NCBI GenBank assembly: GCA_034226945.1
Contig: CP120454.1
Location: 124,001 to 188,000 of the forward strand
Origin: Picochlorum sp. SENEW3
Lineage: Eukaryota
DNA: 64,000 nt
Direction of reading: 5' to 3'
Shown: in pieces, positions 1-12,664 of the stretch
Layout of the letters: every line of letters begins with the position of its first letter
Numbering within the stretch: the first letter of the stretch is position 1
Notes under the pieces: generated by a model
Databases searched by the model: none
What the model was told of the DNA's origin: nothing
What the model saw: the letters and a program-made list of their open reading frames with translations, nothing else
Program-made: the position numbers and the translations under genes

Positions 1-64
1 CAAAAGTCCTGCATGCATACGCTAGTGCCATACAATGATTTATTTTTAAAATTTTAGGGGTGTC

Positions 65-1984
65 GTGATGGCTGATGTGTTTCAGGACGTGAGCAGAGCG
101 TGCTGTGCCTTGTATGCGCTGGAGGGAACGAGTACTGACAGCAATAACGAGGATACACCAGGCTATCGAGAGCGATATCTGAGTCTATTGAATTATGTGA
201 AAGAAAGAGGGGGTAGGAGGGAGCTTATGCGGCCGTGCGTGAGGCTGATTGGGACCTTTGTAGACAGGTTTCCCTCCCTTGCCAAGGATGCGGAGCAAGC
301 GCTGACGCAAATCGTCACACGATATGTACAGAATGATGATCATGTGAGATTCGAAGACTGTGTGGAAGCGCTGAATGGGATTGGTCGGATTGAGGGAGGG
401 GCATTGCAAGAACATGTACTGAGCAAGTTTATGGTCATGTTGATGAGTCTTCAAGGGGCAGAGGAGCTGCGGCAGGGCTTTATTGCAGCGTTACGGGCTT
501 GCCCTGGAGTTGCTTTAAAAATTCTGTGTGATATAGTGAATAGAAAGGATATAGATAGTGTGGAGAAAAAGGCAGGAGACTGTGTGATGACCTCTGTCAT
601 GGATGACTCCATGTTGCTAGTCTCCGAGTATGAGCCTGATCTAGTAACGCATGGGGCTGTGGTGAATAGTGTATTAGAAAGTATTATTGATAGGCATGGG
701 CACGAGACAATGCTGGCAGAGTGCCAGAGGTACATGCAAGCCCTGATGGTGAATGTGTCAGTGAATGACACAGAGTCTGTGAAAAGAGTGATGGATCGGT
801 TGACGAAAAAGGTCTTTCAGAGAGTCAAACTTGGTGTTGCGGATGATGGAGTAGATTTGGACAAAGAATTGGCGCTAGATGACATGGAGGAAGGTGAATT
901 ATTGGATACAGTACCGGTGACTGCAGCACCTCGTGGTGTAGAGAATGGAAGTATCCAAGGTATTGTTCCAAAGAAGATTGTGCACGGCATAGAGATACAT
1001 GGTCTGCCCGAATCAGTCGATTCAAGTGTTATTCGTGATGACTGTGATAAATTCACAGGTGTAAAGGATGTGGTGCGCCAGAAGGAGGGCTCCATGGTGA
1101 CTGTCATGTGTACATCCATGCCTGGGACAGTGCGGTGTTATGAAGCCATGTGTACTCGTGCTGAAGCGTTCTGGTCTATCGGTGGGTTGGAGGAGGCGCC
1201 TCAAGTGGAACTTGCTTCCTATACAAGGGCTGTGGAAGCTGGTGCACATGTGAAGCATGTTCATATTTTATTACCTGGAGTGGAGCATGCAGAGCAAGAA
1301 GATACGATCAAAGAAACGTTACGAGAAGCAAATATAGGAATGCCTTCTTCGTTGACGCCTGTGAATGTAGGAATGAAGGGGCTGATCTTGTCTTTTGATA
1401 ACGATGAGAGTGTGAATATGGCGTTTGCATGCCTTGGTGGGGTGGAGGAGGAGAGGGAAAGCCTCAAGAGGTCAAGGGACGCTGCTGATACTGTGGATGA
1501 AGCAAATCCAAAGAGGGACAGAAGAGGCCCGTCTGAGACGATGGGACAATGGAGTGGCCAAATTATTAGGAATAAGCAATTGCAGTGCTCTGTGATTGCT
1601 ACCATAGCTGATGGTTCTCTGTCGTCACATGCGTATGGAGCACCAGAGCCACAGGAATGGCCACAATCTCTCGAGGTAAATCAGAGAGCAGACGTGAAAT
1701 ACCTGTGTGATACATTGTTTCCATCCACAGATGCAAGCCATAAGCAAATAGCACTTTTTCAGCCATTACAAGAGGCTGATGAGAAGGGTTTGAATGGCTT
1801 TGATCAATATTTAAGGCAGAAACAGAGGGCAGGTGTTGTTTTCCTGCCTCCTATTGCCCCATCTACTTCACAGAGAACAATGTACTTGATTCCTGTGACG
1901 GATGACGTATGCTACAGGCTTCAGATTGATCATCACAAGATTCCATGGCCCTCAATGATCGGAATCGTAATTCACCGTCCATAA
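65..1984 (+). CDS. SPOC-domain protein with N-terminal API5/ARM-like region and degenerate RRM-like segments
   Basis: 639-aa ORF. The C-terminus WSGQI...WPQSLEVNQRAD...FDQYLRQKQRAGVVFL...RTMYLIP fits the SPOC pattern. The N-terminus (YLSLLNYVK...LIGTFVDRFPSLAKDA) resembles API5. May have an upstream exon (TTTTAG acceptor near 57). Confidence 0.6.
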   Translation: MMADVFQDVSRACCALYALEGTSTDSNNEDTPGYRERYLSLLNYVKERGGRRELMRPCVRLIGTFVDRFPSLAKDAEQALTQIVTRYVQNDDHVRFEDCVEALNGIGRIEGGALQEHVLSKFMVMLMSLQGAEELRQGFIAALRACPGVALKILCDIVNRKDIDSVEKKAGDCVMTSVMDDSMLLVSEYEPDLVTHGAVVNSVLESIIDRHGHETMLAECQRYMQALMVNVSVNDTESVKRVMDRLTKKVFQRVKLGVADDGVDLDKELALDDMEEGELLDTVPVTAAPRGVENGSIQGIVPKKIVHGIEIHGLPESVDSSVIRDDCDKFTGVKDVVRQKEGSMVTVMCTSMPGTVRCYEAMCTRAEAFWSIGGLEEAPQVELASYTRAVEAGAHVKHVHILLPGVEHAEQEDTIKETLREANIGMPSSLTPVNVGMKGLILSFDNDESVNMAFACLGGVEEERESLKRSRDAADTVDEANPKRDRRGPSETMGQWSGQIIRNKQLQCSVIATIADGSLSSHAYGAPEPQEWPQSLEVNQRADVKYLCDTLFPSTDASHKQIALFQPLQEADEKGLNGFDQYLRQKQRAGVVFLPPIAPSTSQRTMYLIPVTDDVCYRLQIDHHKIPWPSMIGIVIHRP

Positions 1985-2009
1985 CCATGATTATGGATTA
2001 CAATTTTAT

Positions 2010-4076
2010 TTATGATGAAAATAACTCGTCATATGATACAATAGTACACAAACCAGATGCACTGGTAATAAATAGTCCATTCTTCTCATCTGCCCCTAAA
2101 TGTATTTGAACGATGGCATTTATTCTTTTTTCATTCGCATCAGACAAACTTGAAAGAGATATCTTTCTCGAAAGCATGCGCGTCATGTCCCATACTTGGA
2201 TGTCCCCATGGATGTCTCCAAGGGCAACATAGCCATCACACGCAAATATGACTGATGCTGATCGAGCATCTTTCTTCTCTTTCTCACTATTTGTCAGGAT
2301 CTCTCCTGCAAAAGACAACTCTTTAATCTTCTTTTTGTGATCAAGGAACCATGTCAAAGCTGTTCCATCTGTGAAAATTTCTGCGTTTTCAATATGCTGC
2401 AGACATGTTCCATCACAGCCAGGAGATGTCCATGAAAATACAATGTCATCAGAAGATGGGTCCGATGCGAGTACAGCGCTCAGTTTTCCCTCCGTACTCA
2501 AAACCTTGCTAATGTGAGTTGTTGGGACGCTATGGAACATATCCGGAGAATTAGTGTACTTTTTACCCCACTTGAAAGACTGCCACAAAGGGTCAAACTC
2601 TATAATCTGAATTCCATCCTCAGCATACTGCCCACTTACAGCGAGAGAATATGGTGAACCAGCCAAGCTCTCTACAAATACTATTGGTTGATCATTCTCG
2701 ACCGATACTATATTAGATGTAATGCATTTCTGCCCACAAGGAATGACATACAAGCACGGCTGACATGCCTGAGTCATAACATCCATAAGCTCCAAGGCTG
2801 CGCTCATGATGAGAACTGGGTCGCCTTTCTTTGTCTCACACAATGTGAAGAAATTCACATTATATGGGATACACACTGGAAAATATTTCGACTTTTGGAC
2901 ATGAATGCTCTGCAAGATCTTGATAGCACGTTCCTGAGCATCAGTCTGAAAAACTGAGAAGATCAAAATTTCTCTGGGCTCTTTATCAATTGGACAGCCA
3001 AGCAATAAAGCTATGTGATTTCCTGATGCCGAGTATTTGGCATACAAACAACTGTCTGGAAATCGCAAAAGCAAACTAATTGGCTTCCCAGTCTCATGGA
3101 GGGGGTACCATGCGACAGATTCATGCATGGCATCACTGCTTGGAATCGAATCCTGCACTGACTGCTTCTCCAAGTCCTCTATATTTTGCTCAGGAATGTC
3201 TTCGGATATACCTGTCACAAGATGCCTTGGGACGTCTGGATTCGGTTCGCTGATGGAAAATATCCCCGCCACAAGATTCCCTGCCATGTCCTCTGCCAGC
3301 TCTGTCCCTGTGACTTCCAACTCCTTCATCGACGGTATAAACACACCTGGAGATGCATGAGCCATCTCTTGAACCGACATCGGTGTCCCTCGCCTCGGTG
3401 TTTCAAAGACAGGGTTGCGGACATCCCCATTTGCATTCCGAATTGTCACTGCCCTGGACAGGCTCTCAGCGTTCCTCCTGTGCGTCCCAAGAACACTTTT
3501 CGGGGTCACATCCTGAAAAGGATCCAATAAAGACGACCGTCTCCTCGTGTGCCTCTTTGGAAAGCCTTTGGGAGTTGAGTCACTCTTCTCTGTTGAATGT
3601 TCCACACCAGACAGATGTTTTGCCACACTTGGTGGACAAAGCACCTTGTCCTTCTCGCCACCCAGCGATGACTTTCTGTTCCCCAAGGATGATGATGGCC
3701 CCTCCATCTCCACCTCATGCGGCGTTGCACCCCTCACATCGCAATCTCCTCCACGCAATTCCTCTCGTATCACGCTTTCCCCACCTCCCTGAGTGGTTGG
3801 AGTCTCAGCCACAACCTCTTCGCTCTTCTGAGGCTCTTGCAGCAGCTTTGATAATTCAATTCGTTTCACCTGTACCACAATACCATCATTGGTGCTACCC
3901 AAATGCTACCAATACCAACCCAACGACAACCATACCTTGAGCAACCGTTCCAGTTTCTCACGCTTCTCGATACGATTGACAGCAGTATCACTAGGATCTG
4001 GGAATAAATCTTCCCAAGATCGCTTCTGAAAATCCGCTCTTAGCTCCTCCGTTGTCCTTTTTCCCAACTTTGCCAT
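2010..4076 (-). CDS. Uncharacterised protein: N-terminal coiled coil, disordered S/T/P-rich linker, C-terminal WD40-like beta-propeller; 2 exons
   Basis: ORFs 3906-4091 and 2010-3902 join in frame through a GTATGG...TACAG intron at 3935-3870; ATG at 4076. The C-terminus has WD-like VALGDIHGDIQVWDM. Confidence 0.55.
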
Positions 4077-4169
4077 GTCGAATAATTTCAAATTTCCAGA
4101 CTGCCTATCATCATTACATACGGGTGTATACCATGGACAAATACTACTATTAGCAATAAAAATTATAAT

Positions 4170-7100
4170 TTATAAGCATTGTTGCAGTATATCTAGCCAA
4201 TCAGACTGATCTACATAGAGAGTGCTGAGGGACACTCGAATGAATTCCATGTTTGGTCTGTCAATGTCATCCAAACAACGGATCAGATGCCTATAGACTG
4301 ATTGATGGGGTGGATGGTGCTTCATGAAATGACTGAGAGCCTTTGGAAGGAGCATGATGGACTCGTCGAGGGACAAATCATATGCTGCAGAATCTCCCAC
4401 CTCGCCAGCAAAGCACGCAGCAATGCACATGATGGCCAACTGAGACAGCATGGGTGATTTCTTATTGATTTCTGTCTTTTCCATATATTTCTTTTCGTCA
4501 CCAAAGATATCTGCGAGCCATGTGAGGACGTCTTTGCTTTTGGAGGGTTGGCTGTTTCTGACAAGGATGTGTATTCCATGTGCCATGTTGCTGATCATCT
4601 GATGAGCCACGCTGTTGTCTGTTGATGAAACGCATGCCATAATATGATATAGCGATTGCTGCATACTTTGTATTCCCAAGGATTGTATCAGACCGCAGGA
4701 TATCCAACTGTGGTGCATGGGGTGCATTTTGAATAGTGCTTGGTTCTGAGTGATGGATACTTGAGTGGCAGTATCTGCACTGCGGATCGCTCGCAAGAGG
4801 GATGCGGCAATACTGGCATTCCTTTCAATATTGATCGCTGGCGTTTCCACTAGTATATTGTCTTCGAATACCCAGTCTTCACGTCTCAATGCAACAGCAG
4901 CGAGTTCTTCGTCTGATAGAGAATAAAGAGCACACAATGGTGCATGGAATTGTGAGGACATGTCAACCCGTGGCAACAGCACCTGTATCATGAGCTCATA
5001 TGCTAAAGCTGTCTGTGAAATATTATCAATCCCCGTGACAAACGTCTGAAGCCCCAACGCTAGAGAAAAAGCGATGAGTTTGCTGCGTCTTGTATCGATA
5101 GAAAAGGCATTGTCAAGTGAGTTGAGGTACAGCAATACCTGATCATCGCTTAGCAGAGGGATCATGTCACTGAGATGGCAGAAAATATAGCATAATGCTT
5201 CCAGCATTAATGTTTTGGGTTGAAGGACATTTCCACCGAGATTGAGTGCGTCAACGCAGACAAAGTCTCGAATTTTGTCAGCAATGCTGCCAGTTGCATG
5301 GCTGCAGACAAACTTGACAATGCTCACCTGGACATCGATATCCTCGGGGAATATCTTTACATACCGCCTCAAACATGCTGACCAATCCTTTTGAGGTAGT
5401 TTAGGAGCGTGAGAGAGGCAAGAGAGCAACGTCATGACTTGCTGCTTGTGAAGGGTTTTTCTGCCATCCTGGGGCCATTGTTGAGAGATGAGAGCTTCAG
5501 ATAGGTACCCAACAGCGCTACCAGACATTGACTCGAACGAGTCGGTCTCAAACCTCGTTCTAAAATCTATTGCCATGTGACAAATACGCGATATATGAGG
5601 AATGCACCCCGTTTTTATTGCGTTTGATGATTCCATGTGGCAAATTGTGTCGATGACAGTTTCTGCATGATTTCACAGATGTTGGATGACATAGCAATGC
5701 GAGTACAGTAATATGCAATACACTTTCATACCTGCTCGATTCTCTTGCACGAATGATTCGTTGATGCTTTTTTGGTTGTACATTTGATATTCGAGGCAAT
5801 GGCCAAGTCCTCTGCAAATGGCACCAGCATTCGACTGAACACATGGGTATTTATGGACTTTGCTTAAAAGATCTTTCATGAACTCGATCACGGTATCCAT
5901 ATTCCATGTGTTATTGCCAGCATATCCATTTTTAAGGGACTCGACCAGCAATTTTGATAAGGCCAAAGATATATCACCGACATATTTTGCCAGGCCTTCA
6001 CGGTCACAAAGACTTGACATCATGTCCAAGCATTCTGTGATTCGAGAATCGTTGAGCTGCGATTCTTGGAATAACTTGATCGCAATAGAGCAATACAAAT
6101 CACAGAGACCTGATGTTAAATACTCGTGGGATCCAGAAGCAAAGATATCCTCAATTTCTGACAGAACTGCAGGCAGATTAAGGCAATCAAAAGCATTTGT
6201 CTGGGATACAAGGCATCCAAATGATTTCAATGCCTGATTCTCATGCTTTGAGGAATCTATTGCGAAAGAAGCTTTCAAGGATGGGAATATATGGTGAATC
6301 CTCTTCTTGAGATGATCAAATGCCTGCTGTGCCAGATCCAATGACACAGCCTTGTCTGTGCAAAATTGTAGGGCAAAATCTCTTGCATCTCCCAACCGTT
6401 CGTCGTCACCCGACAGCAATACATCCATTGCAGTTGCTGCTATTGAGGATCCAAGGCTCTGCCTCGCATGACCAAGGATACGGCCCAAAGCTATGACGGA
6501 CACTGTCTGCAAACTACTAAATTGCCTGCTGTCACCCAGAATGCGAGTAATCCAGGTGTACGATGTCATGACATATTGCGAATCCACTCGACCAAACACT
6601 CTCACGAATGAAGATATCGCAATGACAATAATGGGGTTTAACACCTTCTCAGAAAGTCTGTTGTCCTTTGTGATTTGCTGCCAGATGAGACCAATTTCAC
6701 TGGTATACTTGTGATACTCTGACGTTTCAACAATATCCTCTGGGGAAAATGCACGAATCCATCGACGGTACATGTGTTCCCATCCTTCACTCAGAATAAT
6801 TATGTTTTCGAAATCCATCAGAAGATCGAGGCACATGGACGAATCCTTTGTGAGCATGTCATCAGCAACCCTCCTATACATTTCAGGTACAGCCACAGTT
6901 TTTTTACCGGCCGGTTGCCAGAGATATAGCATGATAAACATGTCTGATTCAGACCCAGACTTCATGAAATTATGCCTTCCACCAGTGGCTTCTTTTAACA
7001 AGTGATTCGGGATGGCATTTGACAACTTGTAAAATCTGGAACTGTGGCTCTGCTTGGATAGGTTGGACAGTGTGCTGGAAAGCTGTATAAACTGCTTCCT

Positions 7101-9440
7101 GCGGTCCAAATACTCGAGCTCTAACATCTTGACCATCATAGTACCACAGTCTTCCAGCGATTTGGAGCCAGGCTCTTCTTGTTCCAACAATTTCGCATAC
7201 TCTATGGGCCGTCTCAGAGTTTCTAAATCTTCAGAGATGTCCCAGTCCAACTTCTCCAAGGCTCTATAGGCTTGCACACGTACGAGGTCAGATTCATGAG
7301 CTGAAGCTTCCCATAACAAATTGATTGTATTGCGTATGAGTTCTCCGTGCATTTCAGGATCTTCCTTGAGGACACATGCAATGAGACCTATCCAAGATGC
7401 GGCGACAACATCATCATCAGGCAAGTCTGGCAGAACGCGTCTCACCACATTCCACGATTTGATAAAATCCAAAACACCCGATTTACAGAGCAATGTAATG
7501 CACGAAAGCCCTGAGGATGAAAGACAGGTATATTTGGAGCACACACATGCATGGATTGCATGGACTACATCCTTGGCCTTTCCAGGATCATCTCGACAAA
7601 TCGATACAAGCGCTGCAGCCACCCCAACTTTTTCCTGTGGGGGAACATCTTTGATCCATCGGTGAGTAGTATCGGCTCGAATCTCGACACCATCCTCCAT
7701 ATCACAACTGAGAATCATGAGCTTCAATGACGAGTAACCTTTCCGTGACTCCAACCACATTCTCCTCAGAATACTGCAAGCTATTCCTTGTAGTTCTGAC
7801 GGGGACTGAGGATCTGCAAAAGGAGTAAGGGCCCGTACAATAAACGGCACTGCCGATGGACTCCTAGAAAGCGATGCCAATGCATACAGCAGGTCCCTCA
7901 TGTATACACCTTGTTCTTTTTTGCCTGCAACATACGTAGTTCATCCAAGGTGAGGCATTGATTGATTCTTCCCGTAGCAATAAATATACGAACCTGTACC
8001 CTTCGTCTCAATATCGAAACGCTCCAATCGTTCCAGTAGCACTGGCAAGGCATAAAAACTGAATCGAGGCTCCTCTGCTAAGGAGATGAAGGCATCTTCT
8101 AGTACTCGACGTCGCACACGTAAACAAGGATGCCTCAAAAGACATAAAACCCTTGTATACACGAGGTCAACATGAAACGCGCCCTCATTCATGACACACA
8201 ATGGAGCAATGCTAATCTTTTGAATCCAACAAAGCACATCGCCATCCCATTCTACCATGCGAGTTGCACCATCGTCATGGAACTTGCTGAGGAGTGTATG
8301 GATACGAGATACACAAAACTGAATAGATTGCTTCAATCCTGGCTTCTGGGCATAAAATTTTGCTCTGATACATGCACATTCCACCATGGACAAAAGATGA
8401 ACCACCTCACTCTCACCATGGCCCAACAATGCGTCAGGGGAATTCAGTATCATGCATACAACAGTAAAACACACTTCTGCATCCTCTGCCTCTCCACATT
8501 CCATACCACGAATCACAAGTGGCACCATCATCTCATAGCAGCATGAACCAAACTCTGGAAGAAAATGAGTCATTGCATCCAGGTACACTTTCGCCCGATG
8601 TCCCACTTCCAGGCACTTGATAGACACAATAAAGCATTCCTGTAGAAACTTTGGAATCACATCGTGCCCTTCATCGTTCTCTGACAACAGCAGGACATCC
8701 ACAATATCAAGAGTACAAGCTTCCAACTCCTCTGCCCTCTTAAACTCTGTAACATCGTACGACAGCATCGCTTTGATAAGGAATTCCACTACATCACGTG
8801 ATGAAACTTTTCGATGACACCCGAGTCGAACAAGCATGCTTCGGACCCTTGCACCTACATCCAAAACAGACACCATATCCTTGCCTTTGCTGACCCCTGG
8901 CCTCATCACAAGAGCTGCTAAAAAGACATGCACACGTCGCCAGTACTCCAATATTGTCTCTCTATTTATAGAAATCGAACCTGTCAGAAACGCTTCTATG
9001 CGAGATACAAACGTCACCGCACTCTCTGGCTCCAATACCCATGCATGCACAAGAGAAGGAGACTCTTCCTGCCCAATACTCATCTCGTACATATCCATGA
9101 TCCCATTCGATACGACATGAACAATGACATTTCCAGAAGCCAAACCAGCCATGAGCATGCTATGCCCCTCCTGACTCGTGATTCTGGATCTCTCAACCAA
9201 CCCCACCATGTGACCAACCACTGCACTCAAACATGCTACATCATTGCCCACCACAGACATGCATTCTTCGATCACGTCCTTCACCAACGAAGATTTTCTA
9301 TTCGAGGTTGATCGAAGATCCTTGCTGCAGTACTCATCGATGCATTGGAACAGAGCCGTGATGATGAACATCCTGGCAGGTTCAGGAGATGTCCTCAGCT
9401 GCCTCACATATTTGTCCAAAACCCCTTCTAGATCACTCAT
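4170..9440 (-). CDS. RST1: RST1/focadhesin-like ARM-repeat protein; 3 exons
   Basis: Three long ORFs joined by short introns (about 7925-7995 and 5731-5663, phase-compatible). LSCLSHAPKLPQKDWSACLRRY resembles the plant RST1 C-terminal motif, and the total size (~1700 aa, helical) fits. Confidence 0.7.
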
Positions 9441-9924
9441 TCTACAACATTCACCAATCTGGCGCACAAAAATACTACTTTAATGCTGTAGGATCAAGGA
9501 ACCATCTCAAATCAAAGGTATAGAACCCTGCCATGTCCAACGTTCTTCACGCTTGAAAATTCGCTCACTCTTGAATATATGCCCCTGTATCTCTTTAATC
9601 ATGCCATATATTAGCAGATGAATTCATTTAATGCTTTACAACAAGCGCAGCGTGTCTATGGAATGCAAATCAATTCAAATGGGCTTCCGTCGACTGAGAT
9701 ACCAATTGGCGCCTTGCAAGGCGCCTTGTTCGAATCATGGAAATCTCTGTTTCGCCTTTTTAGGGAAATAGCCGTACTATTATGTGTGCATTTCAAAATA
9801 TTGGGAATCAGAGACTGTGGTATCTCCTTGTAGCGGAAGATAAAGACGGATAGAGAAACTGAAAACGACCAAGTGTTCTAGTTGAACACAAGACCCACGT
9901 CCAGAGATTGATCTGATATAACAG

Positions 9925-11626
9925 ATGAACGGATATATGGATGACACAAAGTATCATTATCAGCTGGGGAATCGAATACGATGGGTAAAACTAGCAGACA
10001 GCATTCCTGAAGAGGACGAACTCTGGGAAGAGCATGGCAACGCATATGATATTGGGCAGGATCATTTTCGATGCCTAAACGGTGCGTTGGAGTGATTCAT
10101 TGCATGACACATGTTGATGATGATCAAGAGTGGCCGATGTAGATGAGTGGATTGTGTGGAATGAGTTTCCAATGTCAGGAGATGCTATTCGGAAGATGTG
10201 CAACAATGGCATTTATAGGGAGAATATGTTCAGTGGCCATGCCAGTCATGCTCTTGATGCAGGAGTGAGGTTTATGCAAAGTGAATTGTTAAAGTCGTGT
10301 TGCCGATTTGAGTCAATGTTGAGTACCCATGACATGGAAAACTTGAAGGCAATGTGTCTCTTGTGTGGTCACCTTTTGAATCAGTTTGAAAATTTTTTGG
10401 AGGCAGAGGGTCGCCTTGTGTCGAACCAGCGCGGTGAGAAAGAAAAGTTTATAAAAGATATAGGAGCCATCGTACGTGGGATTAAAAAGTCGAGGGAGTT
10501 TTCGGAACTGCATATGGACTTGGAACCATTTGGATCGCACTCGAGTCAATTGGATGATAGCGGTGCAGATGTTGACCTGTGCATATATGGGCAAGGGCGG
10601 AAGAAGAAAAACTCTACAGCGATGTGGGAGCTACGAGATCTCAATCATGCAGCAAAGAAGAATATACTGTTGTGTGTTATGCATTGCCTTCGCAGCCAAG
10701 GCTATTCTGTTGTTCCAATTGTCCGTGCCAGGGTACCATTGCTCAAAGTCAAGAACAAAGAGAAGACTGTTTCGTGTGACATTGTATGTGTGTGCAACAA
10801 AACAGAAGGTATCCATAAATCTCTGGCATTGCGATGCATCAAAGATATGGATTATAGATTCCACGCTGTGTTGACCTTGGTCAAAAAGTGGGCCTCGCAG
10901 TGGGAATTGAGGGATGCTTCACTTCAACGTCTGAACTCGTACGCGCTGACACAGCTGGTAATATTTCATTTTCAGACGCGCCCTGTACGAATATTACCTC
11001 CAATACGAGATTTGATGAGAATTCCGTGGCACAAGGATGCAACAAGTGTCAAGAACAGATGCGGCACAGAATTGAATTGGTACCCCTCTGATGGCACACG
11101 TCTGATGGACCAGCCATTTGAGAAGCGCACATTTATGATTGATGTCATGGGTAATAACTCTAGGAGCTTTAATTTGCATAGATCACATGGAAGTGAAGCG
11201 AGGGGACCGAAAAATAAGGAAACCATTGCAGAGTTACTCCTCAGCTTTTTTGTTCTCCTCCATGGCCTCTCTCGGGGATGGAAGGGTCCAACAGGAAAGA
11301 ACAGCAAGAAAGATATCCATAAATATGTACGAATATCAACCTTTCACGCCTGCATCTACGTTGGGGAGAACCCAAAGGTAGTCATGAGGGATTTCGATGA
11401 GGGGACCAACAGCACACACTCTCCAATTTTCATTGAGGACCCCTTTGACAGTACAGATAATTGTGCTCGAAGTCTTGGCAAAGAATGCTTACTTAAGATT
11501 TGTCAAGCGTCTGAGAAAACGTTGCAAGCGTTTGAGCAGTTGAAGAGCAATATCTGCAAATCAGAACCCGACAAGATGCGCAAAGTCATCGAAAAGTGGA
11601 TTGACAAGAACATTCATCTCTCATGA
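9925..11626 (+). CDS. Non-canonical terminal nucleotidyltransferase (Cid1/HESO1-type TUTase/PAP); 2 exons
   Basis: Pol-beta motif PFGS...ADVDL, third Asp in SCDI, LNSYALTQLVIFHFQ, PAP-associated IEDPFDSTDNCARSL. An upstream exon from ATG 9925 splices in frame via a GTGCGT donor at 10082. Confidence 0.85.
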
Positions 11627-11761
11627 TACCGTCGTACATGTAAATCCCTGTCATCCTGGATGCATAAAACACGTGCATTGTATATAATATTCTCATATAC
11701 ATCAACTGGATTTCCTTTTGGAAGACATTGTTGAGTAATTTGGATTTACCACTGGATCCAA

Positions 11762-12390
11762 ATGGCAGTGACGAGTGAGGTGTTCTCACTCTGGTACGTA
11801 CCACCTCCAGGTGCGTTTTCCTTTACTTTCGAGCAATGCGGCGCAATATCCCATTACAATTATTTTATTGAGTCATATGAGGTATGGAATTTGCAGGATC
11901 ACTGCAAAAGGTTCAGGAGACTATTCAGCAGTTGGCTTCAAGGTACAGTGCCCCAGTGTTTCCAGCGCACATGACCCTTGTTGGGGGCATTCGTGGCCCT
12001 GAGGCGACGGTGAGAAGGATTTCTGAGGAACTCGTAGATACACTAGAGCCTATTGGCGGGCATATCACATGTGTGGACTATGGTTCTATATACCATCAAT
12101 GTGTGTTTTTGAAAGTGGAATGTACAGAGGAGCTGGAGTTTCAGTACAGGCTTGCCCAAAGGAAGTTTTCAATGGATGAGAATGTGCAATATATGCCTCA
12201 TATTTCTCTTCTGTACAGTGATATTGACCAGAAAGAGCGGGAGAGGTTGACAAGAGAGCAGCAAAAGGGGAGCTTTGATGACAAGGGAAGAATTGGATTT
12301 GACACCATTGAATTGTGGTACACGCCACCTGAAGACATTTCGCTTGGTTCTTGGAGGCGATTAGAATCGTATTCACTCAAAAGCAAATGA
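11762..12390 (+). CDS. Cyclic nucleotide phosphodiesterase (2H phosphoesterase, CPDase); 2 exons
   Basis: Exon 1 MAVTSEVFSLWYVPPP plus exon 2 with two HxT/S motifs (PAHMTL, MPHISLLY). Confidence 0.85.
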
Positions 12391-12664
12391 TATATTCGTA
12401 ATAAATATAAGAATGAGATTCATTGTAGATCCTGATTGCCTACCTACAAGATCAAACATATTGATGTCAGAAAGGTACTATCAGAAAATTCGAGACTTGT
12501 AAACTCAAATTGTCAGCGAATCTTTCCGATTACTATATGCCTCGCATGAAACTCCATCAGAGAAATTGATAGAACATCAGCTCTGACGAAGGGATTAAGA
12601 GGCAATGAAATTTTCCAGGTCATAAAGCAGTCTATGCTGCAATGATTACCTATTCACACATACC

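Noticed and set aside
9618..9833. 71-aa ORF upstream of the nucleotidyltransferase
   Set aside because: No recognisable motif, and splicing to downstream sequence hits stops; possibly UTR or uORF.
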